Of a stretch of DNA of 64,000 bases, positions 1-11,470 are shown in pieces. The DNA is from Mobula hypostoma (taxonomy: Eukaryota): contig NC_086120.1 of NCBI RefSeq assembly GCF_963921235.1, forward strand, positions 26,598,001 through 26,662,000. Reading direction: 5' to 3'. Made by a program: the position numbers and the translations under genes. Numbering within the stretch: position 1 is the first letter of the stretch; every line of letters begins with the position of its first letter. The notes below the pieces were generated by a model. That model did not search any database and was not told the DNA's origin. It worked only from the letters and a program-made list of their open reading frames with translations.

Positions 1-264
1 GCGAAGGTGCTTGAAGAAGCCCCCCCCCCCCAATTCTATGTCACGTCTCACTGATACACAGGAGACCGCACTGGGAGCACTGGATACAGTAGACAACCCT
101 ATCAGACACTTCAGCTCAATTGCTGACAATCCCTTTCATGTTCAACTATAAAGAACAATATTCCACTCATTACCCTGTCCCCACCCTCTGAATCACGTTC
201 CCTCTCACTGTGCCCCGTCAGTCCCGAAGCTCACACAGTTCTATGCTCCCTCTTCTCCTTCCAG

Positions 265-405
265 GTGCGGACAAAGGATCTGCTGTTCAAAAGCATCAGC
301 CACCTGATCAACTACCACGTTGAGAGTGAAGTTCCTATCCTTGCGGCTGAGAGTGAAGTCTGTCTGAAACAGGTCATCAAGAGGGCACACTCGATGCCGA
401 TGTGA
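265..405 (+). CDS. SHC2: Last coding exon of an SHC-family adaptor (C-terminal part of the SH2 domain), SHC2-like
   Basis: Polypyrimidine tract plus CAG acceptor at 262-264. Translates [46 protein letters not shown]. LFxSISHL and AAESE match SHC2 rather than SHC1/3/4, and SHC2 neighbours TPGS1/CDC34 in mammals. Confidence 0.88.
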   Translation: MRTKDLLFKSISHLINYHVESEVPILAAESEVCLKQVIKRAHSMPM

Positions 406-494
406 GTGCCAGTGCCTCTGAATGTGTCATTGATAAGCAATCATAATGAGAGTGAGAAATCTCCAAAGATTCAAGTGATGGATTTATACGTAAA

Positions 495-805
495 GATAAA
501 GGCTGGCTTTATTTGTCACATGTATATCGAAACATACAGTGAAATGCGACATTTGCGTCAAAACCAACACAATCTGAAGATTATGTTGGGGGCAGCCCGC
601 AAGTGTCGCCACGCTTCTGGCGCCAACGTAGCATGCCCATAAACCCCTAATCCTAACCGTATGTCTTTCGGAATGAGGCAGGGAACGGGAACACCCGGAG
701 GAAATCCACATAGTCCTCACCAAAACTGCTTACAGACAATGGCAGGAATTGAACTGAGTGGTGAATGCTGGCGCTGAAAAGCGTTGTGCTAACTGCTTTG
801 CTGCC
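495..805 (-). mobile_element. tRNA-derived SINE with LINE-like 3' tail
   Basis: Reverse-complement similarity to the SINE at 1032-1290. Related copies near 26250-26470, 27420-27680 and 39290-39480. Confidence 0.5.
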
Positions 806-1031
806 AAGCTGCCCTGTCAGTGGGAGAAGTCGAGACAACAGAGACACCTATCGCAGTACGTCGCCTCGGGGTGGGAGTTGGGAGAGAGAGAGATTCTTCG
901 GCATTAGAAAGGTTGATGACACCAGCTGCGCAGAGCTTTGCCGGGTGGAATTTGATCCCGACGAGTGGGAGCTGATGTATTCCTGAAAGTCAAATTGGGG
1001 CGGGACATGTACAGCAAATGATAGGGCACAG

Positions 1032-1290
1032 AGCGGCACAGTAGCGTAGTGGTTAGCACAACGCTTTACTGTCCCAGCAACCGGGGTGCGATTCGCACTG
1101 CCGCCTGTACGTTCTCTCCGTGACCCTGTGGGTTCCCTCCACAGTCCAAAGATCTACCAGTTGGTGGGTTAACTGGTCATCGTAAGTTGCCCCATGATCA
1201 GGCCAGGGTTGTGTCCGGAGTTGCCAGGCAGCCGACCAGAAGGGCCAGAAGGGCCTATTCTGAGCTGTATCTCAATAAATAAATAATAAA
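1032..1290 (+). mobile_element. tRNA-derived SINE (elasmobranch HE1/V-SINE-like)
   Basis: A-box-like TAGCGTAGTGG, degenerate B box, body cgttctctccgtgaccctgtggg, and an (AATA)n tail. Confidence 0.6.
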
Positions 1291-1483
1291 TCTGATGAAA
1301 TTAAAAACCTTAAGATCCAAGTGCATAGTCCCCTGAAAGTGCAAACACAGGGATTATGGGTTCATAGCAGAGAAAGTGCAGAGGAGATTCATCAGGATAG
1401 TACTTTGATCGGAGGACTCTAGGATTTGTTAGGCTGGACTCGTCTTCCCTGGACTGAAGGAGGCTTTGGGGTGGGGGTGATGT

Positions 1484-2645
1484 GAATCAGAATCAGATTT
1501 ATTATTACTAACATATGTAGTGAAATTTTATGGTTTTGTGGCAGCAGAACAAATTACCATAAGCTGCAATCAGAAATAGAAAAAAATAAAATAAATGGTG
1601 GGAAAAAGAGCAAAATAATAAGGCAGTGTTTGTGGACCATTCAAAAATCTGATGGTTCAATGTTCAAAGTAAACTTTATTATCAGAGTACATGTATGTCA
1701 CCATATACAGCCCTAAGATTCATTTTCCTGTGGGCATAATCAGCAAATCTATAGAATAGTAACTATAACAGGATCAATGAAAGATCAACCAGAGTGCAGG
1801 AGACCAACAAATGGTCTAAATAGCAATAAATAACGAGAACATGAGATAATGAGACAAAGAGTCCTTAAAGGGAGGTCATTAGTTGTGGGAAACGTCTCAA
1901 TGATGGGGCAATAGAGTGTAGTTATCCCCTTTTGTTCAAGAGCCTGATGGTTGAAGGGTAGTAAATGTTGTTGAACCTGGTGCACAGGTCCTTGTACCTT
2001 CCACCTGTGAGACGAGAGCATGGCCTGGGTGGTGGAGATCTCTGATGATGGATGCTGCTTTCCTTCAACAGCATTCCCTGTAGATGTGCTCAATGGTTGG
2101 GAGGGCTTTACTTGTGATGTACTGAGCCAAATCCATTGCCTTTTGTAAAGGGGGAAAGAAGCTGTTTCTAAAACATCTAATGTGTGTCTTCAGACTCCTG
2201 TACCTCCTGATGGTAATCATGAGAAAAGAGCATGTCCTGGATAGTGAGAGTCCTTTAAAATGGATTCTGCCTTCTTGAAGTACTGCCTTTGAAGATGTAG
2301 ACATCTGCTAAGGTCTTTGGTGACATACCAAACTCCTAATAATGTTCCTCCTTAGTGACGGCATCAATATATTGTGCCGGGATAGATTGTCTGAGATGTT
2401 GATGCCCATTAACTTGAAGCTGCTCACCATTTCCACTGTTGACCCCTTGATGAGGACTGGTGCGTGTTCTGACTTCGCCTTCCTGGAGTCCACAATCCAG
2501 GATTATGGATGCTGAGTGCAAAGTTGTCTCTGTGACACCACTCAACCAGCTGGTCTGTCTCACTCCTGTATGCCTCCTCTCCATCATCTGAGATTCTGCC
2601 AACCACTGTCGTGTCATCAACGAACTTACGGATGGTGTTTGAGCT
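1484..2645 (-). mobile_element. Stacked L2/Rex1-type LINE 3' fragments
   Basis: ORF remnants EEAYRSETDQLVEWCHRDNFAL and VEMVSSFKLMGINISDNLS (RT thumb region), with (GAATCA)n tails. Confidence 0.65.
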
Positions 2646-3044
2646 GATACATCATGAAAGTATATATGACTGAGAAAGGCATAGGGATAGGAGTGTCAAA
2701 AACAAGTCACCATAGATTTAAGGTGAAAGCATGGGAATTTCAAGGGGGGAAATGAGGGTTGTCTTTTTACATCGAATACTTGATATCTAGAATGTGTTGT
2801 CAGAGGAGGTGCTGGAATCAGATATAATTATTAAGTTTAAGAGGCAATTAGATAGCTACTTAAATAGGTAAGGCAGAGAAGGATAAATTTCCAATGCGGG
2901 CTAAGTGTAGAGATTAGTATAGGTGGGCAAAATAAGGTTGGCATGGGTACGATGAGCCAAAAGGTCTGTTCTGTGCTGTATGACTTTCACTTTAGGCATT
3001 ACCGCCACTCCCGTTGCCACTAAGCCTGTTTCTCTTGTTCACAG

Positions 3045-4320
3045 GTGAAGCTCGATACGATCTGTGAATTGTCACCCTGAATTCGGCAGCACTGGGAAGT
3101 TTTGCTCAGGAAGCTTGGGTCTGCTGTGGATGTCTCTGAAGAGCATGGTTGCTTGTTGAATACGGTTGCGGGCAGGGATTCCAGCTCCACGCGGCCTGCT
3201 TCCCTACCGCCCTTACACCCCAGCTGCTTCACAGGGCACATTGCTTCCTGCAGACGGAGAATCGTAAATCCGAGGTCAGGCAACAGGAGTCGACAGAACT
3301 TCAAACTGATTGTTATGTAGTACAGAACCACTCGCAAATGAAGAAGTCATAGGAGATGAGGGGCTTGTGTCTGAACTGTGCAAATTGCCTGTCTCTCAGT
3401 ATACGTTTGGCATTCATGGGATAAAAGTTTTACTGTGGCCAGGATTGTACAATCTGTGTGTCTCTGTGCTTTGTGTAAATATCCATGTATCAAATTATTA
3501 CACTGATCTAACCCTGCCCCCCCAAACACACCTGATGAACAGAGCAACGAATGGGTGCGAGAGATGGGGAAACAGGTCAGCGAGATGGATGGGGAAGGAA
3601 GCAGGGATCAGCTGAGGAGCAGAGGTGTACATGGAAGGTGAGGACTGGAAGCAGGTAGAGGGGAACTTTAGCTTGATGTGGAAATGCATTGGATGAGGCT
3701 CTCCTCAAGGTGCTCACAGTGATGATGTGAAGGAGTTAGATAGCATCTGTAGATTATACCTGTGTTCTTGGAGATATATGTGTGGTTTGGAAAGTGAGGG
3801 AACCTGAGCCTGTTGGAAGAAGGGTGGGAGAAGTGGGAATTCAGTTCAACTTCAAGCTGGTGATGTTAGACGGCTCAGAATCCCATGAGAGGATCATCGA
3901 GAGGGCTTGGGTCTGCAACTCTGTGGTCAGCAGCTTGGCACCTCTTGTGAATTTGAAAGGGTTTCGAAGACTTTCCCATTTTCTCTCTCCCTGGTTCTGA
4001 GCCTGTGAATCTGGAGGACGTTGAGTGGGAGTCACAGAGGTAGGCAATGGGATTTGTAGTGGGAGAACTGGGGACCTTGCTGCTGGATGAAGCACATAAT
4101 TTTGTCTGAGTGGAGTGGAGCGGAGTGGAGTGCATCGTTTGGTGTGAATTTGAGGGTGGGAAGATGCTTGGATTGGTTTGTCTCTGTACGAGTGAACTCC
4201 GTTGGGGATGGAGGGAATCTGTCCAACACTGGTGATATTTATTCTTATGGATGTAAATCAAGCTGTGTGATTCAGATTCTTTTCTTGATCTTTGAAATAA
4301 AAGTGAAGTTTGGAAGGTGT
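3045..4320 (+). other. SHC2: Putative terminal (3' UTR) exon of SHC2
   Basis: Acceptor ctgtttctcttgttcacAG at 3043-3044, followed by apparently repeat-free sequence and AATAAA at 4296-4301. It would pair with donor GTGAGT at 402-407. Confidence 0.4.
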
Positions 4321-4515
4321 TCTGTGTTAAGATCACTTAAAATGCACACACACACACACTCACTTTTCTCTGGAGAAATAACCGTGTGGTTTGGCTGCAA
4401 TATTCTGCTGGTTGAGGTTTCCACTGAGCCTGAGAGGGTTTGCTATTGAAGCTGGGAGGGACCAGCTCTCCCACACAACTCCAAAATCACCCCCTCCATT
4501 CCTGCAGGGAGCTCC

Positions 4516-5480
4516 ATGACCATCCCCAGCATCACACCGTGACCATCCCCAGCGTCACACCGTGACCATCCCCAGCATCACACCGTGACCATCCCCAGCG
4601 TCACACCGTGACCATCCCCAGCGTCACACCGTGACATCCCCCTGTGTCGCATCGTGCCGTGACCATCCCCAGCGTCGCGCCATGACCATCCCCAGCGTCG
4701 TGCCGTGACCATCCCCCAGCATCGCACTGTGACCATCCCCCAGCGTCCCCCAGCATCGCACTGTGACCTTCCCCCAGCGTCCCCCAGCGTCGCACCGTGA
4801 CCATCCCCAGCGTCGCGCCGTGACCTTCCCCCAGCGTCGCGCCATGACCTTCCCCCAGCGTCGCATTGCGCTGTGACATCCCCCAGCATCACACCGTGAC
4901 ATCCCCCAGCGTCCCCCAGCACCGCACCGTGATCATCCCCAGCGTTGCGCCGTGACCTTCCCCCAGCGTCGCGCCATGACCATCCCCCAGCGTCGCGCCG
5001 TGACCATCCCCCAGCGTCCCCCAGCGCCGTGAATTTCCCCCAGCGTCGCGCCGTGACCATCCCCCAGCGTCGCGCCGTGATCATCCCCAGTGTCCCCCAG
5101 CGTCGCACCGTGATCATCCCCAGCGCCGCGCTGTGACCATCCCCCAGCATCCCCCAGCGCCATGACCTTCCCCCAGCGTCGCACCGTGACCTTCCCCCAG
5201 CGTCGCGCCGTGACCGTCCCTCAACGTCGCGCCGTGACCACCCCCCAGCGTCGCACCGTGACCTTCCCCAGTGTCACACCGTGACATCCCCCTGCGTCAC
5301 ACCGTGACCTTCCCCCAGCGTCGCGCCGTGACCATCCCCCAGCGTCGCGCCGTGACCATACCCAGCATCACACCGTGACCTTCCCCAGCGTCACACTGTG
5401 ACCATCGCCCAGCGTCCCGCCGTGACCATACCCAGCATCACACCGTGACCTTCCCCAGCGTCACACTGTGACCATCTCCA
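4516..5480. repeat. GC-rich minisatellite, ~23-24 bp unit (ccgtgaccatccccagcgtcrcr), roughly 40 units
   Basis: Directly visible tandem units. They generate the repetitive spurious ORFs in the track. Confidence 0.95.
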
Positions 5481-5639
5481 GTATCAATCCAGCCAGCCTG
5501 ACCCGGAGCTCCAGATTAAGTTCCACCAAGGCTGGAGGTACAAGGATGGAAAGAGAAATGGACAAAAACATTTCTGGACCTCCCCCTAGCCCCACCTGGC
5601 AATGGACACTTACCATTCAACAATACTCCTCAGATTTAT

Positions 5640-6600
5640 CCGGGGAAGATTGCATTGACTGATCATTTTGAGGAGGTGACAAAGAGGATCAGGGCAGGTA
5701 GAACATTTGATGTGGTCAATGTCAACCTTAGCCATGTACCTCTCACAGCTCCACATGGCAGCCTGGGTAAAGCAACACTCACAACACGCTGGAGGAACTC
5801 AGCAGGTTGGGCCGCATCCGCGGAAATGATGAGTCGAGTTAGTACAAGTCCATGGTACTGACAGATGGGGCAAATTAGATCCACAATCAGTTCAGTGGCA
5901 GGGAGTTGTTGGCTATTTACCAGTGCGAGGCTGCTTCTGTGAGGTTCCACAGCACTTATTACTCGGTCCCTTGACTTTTGTAATACATATTAATGAGTTA
6001 GACTTAAGCGCAGATGGCACAATAAAGGAATTTTCAGATGATACAAAAATTGATCTTGTGGTTTTCAGGCAGAAAGCTTCAGACTGCAGAGGGATATTGA
6101 TGGGCAGTAAAGCAGCAACTGGAACTCGATCCAGAGAAGTGTGATGTAATGCATTTCATAAAGTGCATCAAGGCAAAGGAATATATAATAAATTGGGGGG
6201 GGGTGGAATAGTGAATGATATGGAAGAACAAGTGGCTACAGCATCTTAAAAGTAGCCAAACAGGCCAATAAGCAAGATGCTTTCCTTTGTTAGACACAGA
6301 ATATATTAGCAGGGAGGTAGGCTCTGGTTAGACCACAGGTGGCATACTGCGTAAAGTTCTGTATTACAATAAAATGCCATGTCTGGACGGGGTGCAGAGA
6401 GAAGATTTTTCTCTCAAGTTGCAGATAGGGGGAAGCTGGCTTGTTTGAAGCAGAGGGGAAATTTAACTGTGTTTTATAAAGTCATGAGGGTCAAAGGCAG
6501 AGTCAAGATCTACTTTTCCTAACACGGGCAACGGGAAAGTTATATAATTAAGTGGGAGAAAGGTTAGAAAGAAGATGAATGTGTTTTTTTTTCACCCAGA
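5640..6600 (+). mobile_element. Old degraded CR1 LINE RT fragment
   Basis: LGPLTFVIHINELD...EFSDDTKI (RT motif, normally FADDTK), with many frameshifts. Confidence 0.6.
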
Positions 6601-6699
6601 GGAAAAAAAAATAGGAACAGAGAAGGGCATTCTCCTCTCAAACCTGTCCCACCACTCAATATGCCCATAGCTGTACTCACTGAAATTTATGAAGTACCT

Positions 6700-7385
6700 G
6701 GTTATGCCAGAATAAAAAGATGTGGGGAAGGGAAGGGAAGGGAAGGAGGCTAGCTGGAAGGTGAGAGGTGAAGCCAGGTGGGTGGGAAAGGTCACGGGCT
6801 GGGGAGGAAGGAATCTGACAGGAGAGTGGACCATAGGAGAAAGGGAAGGAGGAGGGGACCCAGGGGGCAGTAATAGGCAGGCGAAAAGAAGTAAAATGTC
6901 AGAGTGAGGATTAGAGGAAAGAGGAGGGGGGGTGGAGTTTGTTTACCAGAAGGAGAAATTGATATTCTGTTCATGCCATCAGGTTGGAGGCTACCCAGAT
7001 GGAATGTAAGGTGTTGCTCTCCCGTCCTGAGGGTGAGCTTATCATTGGCACAAGGGAGGGCCAGAGACCGACATGTTGCATTGGGAATGGGAATTAAAAT
7101 GTATGACCACCGGAAAGTTCTGCTTTCGTTGGATGGAGCGGCGGTGTTCGACGAAGCTGTCTCCCAATTTACAACGGGTCTCAGCAGTGTAGAGGAGGCC
7201 ACATTGAGAGCTCCAGACACAATAGACAACCCCAGAAGATTCAGCGGTGAAGTGTTGCCTCACCTGGAAGAACTGTTTGGGGCCATGGATGAAGGTGAGG
7301 CAGGAGGTGAATGGGCAGGTGTTCCACTTTGGCCACTTCCAGGGATAAGTGCTGGGAGGGAGATTAGTGGATAGACAAGGGAATC
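6700..7385 (-). mobile_element. Penelope-like element fragment (GIY-YIG endonuclease region)
   Basis: RQHFTAESSGVVYCVWSSQCGLLYTAETRCKLGDSFVEH resembles the VIYxIxCxxCxxxYIGETxRxLxxRxxEH GIY-YIG signature. Same family at 40300-41170. Confidence 0.75.
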
Positions 7386-7770
7386 AGTCTCCTGGTTCAG
7401 ATGGACTACACCCACAGTTCTGAAAGAGGTAGCTGAAAAGATTGTGGAGGCATTAGGAGTGATATTTCAAGAAGCACTAGATTCTGGAATGATTTTGCAG
7501 GATGGGAAGATTGCAAATGCCATGCTACTCCTTAAGGATGGAGAGAGGCAAAAGGAAAGAAATTACAGGCCAGTTCACCTGACTTCAGTGGTTGGGAAGA
7601 TTTTGCAGTCTATTATAAGGATGAAGATTCAGGGTACTTGGAGGCACATGATAAAATAGGCCAAAGTCAGCATGGTTTTCTCAAGGGAAAATCTTGTCTG
7701 ACAAATCTGTTGGAAATAATTGAAGAAATAACAGGTAGGATAGACAAAGGAGAGTCAATGGATGTTGTTT

Positions 7771-8458
7771 AGATTAGATTAGATTAGATTATGAGGACAC
7801 TCAGTCCTCGTTTATTGTCATTTAGAAATGCATGCATTAAGAAATGATACAATGTTCCTCCAGTATGATATCACAGAAACACAGGACAGACCAAGACTAA
7901 AACTGACAAAAACCACATAATTATAACATATGGTTACAACAGTGCAAAGTAATACCGTAATTTGATAAAGGGCAGACCATGGGCACGGTAAAAAAAAGTC
8001 TTAAAGTCCCAATAGCCCCATCATCTCACGCAGATGGTTGAAGGGAGAAACTCTCCCTGCCATGAGCCTCCAGCACCGCAAACTTGCCGATGCAGCATCC
8101 TGGAAGCACCCGATCACAGTCCGACTCTGAGTCCGTCCGAAAACTTTGAGCCTCCGACCAGCCCTCCGACACCAAACACCGAGCATCATCTCTGCCGGGC
8201 GCTTCGACCCTGGCCCGGCCACCGAGCAACAAGCAAAGCCGAGGATTCGGGGTCTTCCCCTCCGGAGATTCTGGATCGCACAGCAGCAGCGGCAGTGAAG
8301 CAGGCATTTCAGAAGTTTCTCCAGATGTTCCTCCGTGCTCTCACATCTGCCTCCATCAAATCAGGGTTGTGCACGGCTTCCTACTTGATAGATTACAGAT
8401 ATTCATCACCGGAGTGGCTGCTGCACGCTGCATCACACCGCCATCTTCTCCTCTCCTC
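7771..8458 (-). mobile_element. Unclassified non-autonomous retroposon with (AATCT)n tail
   Basis: Interrupts the CR1 RT between gatgttgttt and ttggactttc. Has an agattagatt microsatellite tail and a LINE-like 3' end. Confidence 0.55.
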
Positions 8459-10642
8459 TATTGGACTTTCTGAGGGTCTTTGACAGGTGCTGCATATGAA
8501 ACTGTTAACAAGGTAGGAGCCCACGGTATTACAGGAAAGATACGAGCATGGATAGAAGATTAGCTGACTGGCAGGAAGCAAAGTGTGGGAATAAAGAGGG
8601 CCTTTTCTGGTTGGCTGCCAGTGACCAGTGGTGTTCCACGGGGGTCTGTGTCAGGACTGCTTCTTTTCATGTTATATGACAATGATTTGGATGATGGAAT
8701 TGATGGCTTTGTGGCCAGGTTTGCGGGTAAGACACACACCACCAGGTTTCAGGAAAATTTATTTCACCTTAACCATCAGTCTCTTGAACCAGGGAGGGTA
8801 ACTTCACTCAATTTCACTCTCCAATCACTGAACTGTTCATAGCTCACTTTCAAGAACTCTTCATTTCATATTCTCAATATTTATTGCTTATTTATTTATT
8901 AATATTATTTTTCTCAGCTCATGCTGGTAAAACCTGAGGTATGCATACAGCCAAGCACACTCATTTCTCAATTGCTAGGAACTTTTGGACTATTCTAGTG
9001 CTGTTTGGTATTGTGGCTTTTGGAGTTATACATAGATATTGCTGTGTAGGCCTAATTGTTTAATGCTACCGTGTAGTGACTTTGGGATGATAACAGTTGT
9101 AGATATTACTATTGGGACAATGTATACCCTGTTCATGTTCCATAGTCTTTCAACTTCCTCTTTTAATTCAGCATATTTCTGGAGTTTTTTACTTATTGAT
9201 TTCTGTATGCTATGTGTGTTTGGAATGGCTATATCTATTAAATAGGTTGTTCTTGCTTTTTTTTATACTGTATTACTAAATCCAGACGGCTATTATGGAT
9301 TGTCCTATCTGTAATAACAGATCGGTCATAATATAATTTGTGGTATTCTGATTCTAAAACTGGATCAGCCTTGTGTTTATAGTAAGGCATAACTTCTTTT
9401 ATGAGTTTGTATTTTAAAGCAAGATTTTGGTGAATGATCTTTGCCACTTGATTGTGGCTGAGTAAGTAATCAGATTGAGTTAAACTACTTCAGGATCCTG
9501 TAATGCGTTGGATTGTTTCTGGTTTCTCTCGACATTTTCTGCATTTACCATCTTGAAATTGTTGGTCTTTTATTATGTATTTTTGACTTTTTTGGAGGTT
9601 TAACCACCTGGTCCTGTATTGCCGCAAGAAACCCCTCTGCTTCTGGGAAGAGGTTGCCAACTCTGAGCAGGACATTCAACGCTTCCTTGTTGACATCTAG
9701 TCTGCTTAGATCATGGGGATGTCTTCTATGGAAGGTCATGCCCTCCCATTGGTTAACTTTTTTTTCTACAGTGATAATATTATAGGATATCATAAATAAC
9801 ATGAAGTGAACCATTTTATGTTTAATGAAACCCATAACGCATTTTATCGAACTCCAAAACCTACACCACAAACACATTAAATCTCTTTACCTAATAATGT
9901 CATCACGCCAGACCAGCCTTTTAAAGTGAAACCCCAACTCACTGTCAGTGGTTGAGAATTATGTGCATTTCTCTCCAATACTTTACCCCACACAGCACTC
10001 TCCCCCCACCAGAATTGACTAAAACTCGCATTGTGAGTCTGTCTGGAGCTCAGATGACCCCGCCAGGCTTGGCTCCTGCATTCCAGGCGCGGGGGAACGG
10101 CAGGTGCTTCTGGCCCATCCAGAGATGTGTTGACACGCTCGTGGTCATGTTGCGACACCAGGGACATGGCAGTGAGATACTCCAAAACCCGAGATACGTT
10201 CAGGTTTACCCCTCTTATCTCTGGTAAAAGTGTTTTCTCCCTGTTGCAAAACGTGGAACAGGCCATCATAAGGCGGCCTTAGGGGATGTTGGTGTGCATC
10301 ATGGCAGACGAAAACCAACGAGGTGGAATGTAGATCAACAGGAACTCGAGTGCTGTACACCGTGATGGACGGTAGGAACAGGTGAAAAGAAATCTAATTT
10401 CCTGAGGAGGGTGGAACGCTATTGAGAGGCTGACTGGGTGGCTACTTTTGATGGGAGGGGTTTTGCACCTTCTGTGGAGATGTGATGGTTGAGAAAGTCG
10501 ATGGTTGACAACCCAAATTGGCATTTAGCAGGGTTAATAATCAACCCCTGTTGGCTTAAGCACATGGAAAGTTTCTGCTGCTTTTTTCAGTCCAAACAGC
10601 ATGCACAGAAACTCGAAAAAGCCAAACAGGGTTATCACAGCT

Positions 10643-10847
10643 ATCCAATCACAAACAAGAGAAAATCTGCAGATGCTGGAAATCTAAGCAACACACACAA
10701 AACACTGGGGAACTCAGCAGGCCAGGCAGCATCTATGAAAAAGAGTACAGTCGATGTTTCAGGCCGAGACCCTTCAGCAGGACTGTGCTCTTTTCCATAG
10801 ATGCTGCCTGGCCTGCTGATTTCTTCCAGCATTTTGTGTGCGGTTGC
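10643..10847. mobile_element. Hairpin (inverted pLTR-like) retroposon with a degenerate hammerhead motif
   Basis: 11-bp TSD ttatcacagct at 10632-10642 and 10848-10858. Long inverted arms cagcaggccaggcagcatctatg / catagatgctgcctggcctgctg. Confidence 0.75.
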
Positions 10848-11170
10848 TTATCACAGCTGTTTTGGAAATGTCCTCTAAGCACACAGGCACCCGATGGTAG
10901 CTGCTAACTAGATCCACTTTGGAAAAAAATTAACTTTCTGGCTAAACATGCTGACAAGTCTTGAATGTGTGGGACCTGGTAACAGTCGGGGGTGTTGGCC
11001 TTGTTAAGGGGTCGGTAATTACCACATGGGCGGCAATCACCATCCGACTTGGGAACCATATAGAGGGGTGAACCCCAGGGGCCATTCGACCAGTGTACAG
11101 TTCCGAGCCTTTCCATGTCACAAAATCAGCCTTCGCGGTTGCCAGGATTTCTGGGTCCAGTCTACGTGCG

Positions 11171-11470
11171 CGTGTGTGGTGTGTGGCCAAGTGGTTAAGG
11201 TGTTGGACTAGTGATCTGAAGGTTGTGAGTTCGAGCCCGAGCCAAGGCAGCGCGTTGTGTCCTTGAGCAAGGCACTTAACCACACAATGCTCCAGTCCAC
11301 CCAGCTGAGAATGGGTACCAGCAAAATGCTGGGGGTTAACCTTGCGATAGACTGGCGTCCTATCCGGGGGGTGGAGTCTTGTACTCTCAGTCACTTCACG
11401 CTACGGAAACCGGCATATGCACCGGCCGGATGAGCCTATAAGGCTTGGGACAGACTTTAACTAACTTAAC
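11171..11470 (+). mobile_element. tRNA-derived CORE-like SINE inserted in Gypsy pol
   Basis: A box TGGCCAAGTGG, B box GAGTTCGAGCC, and core-like gtgtccttgagcaaggcacttaacc. 10-bp TSD tctacgtgcg at 11161-11170 and 11471-11480. Removing it restores HAHARRLDPE. Confidence 0.85.

Noticed and set aside
4578-5184. Repetitive ORFs (RRWG/DAGG) in the minisatellite; CRISPR-like array
   Set aside because: Units of 23-24 bp shift frame constantly, there are no unique spacers, and the context is eukaryotic.
11180-11245. tRNA gene (also 1032-1100 and 20559-20630)
   Set aside because: These have A/B boxes but continue into SINE bodies with tails and TSDs. No complete cloverleaf is evident.
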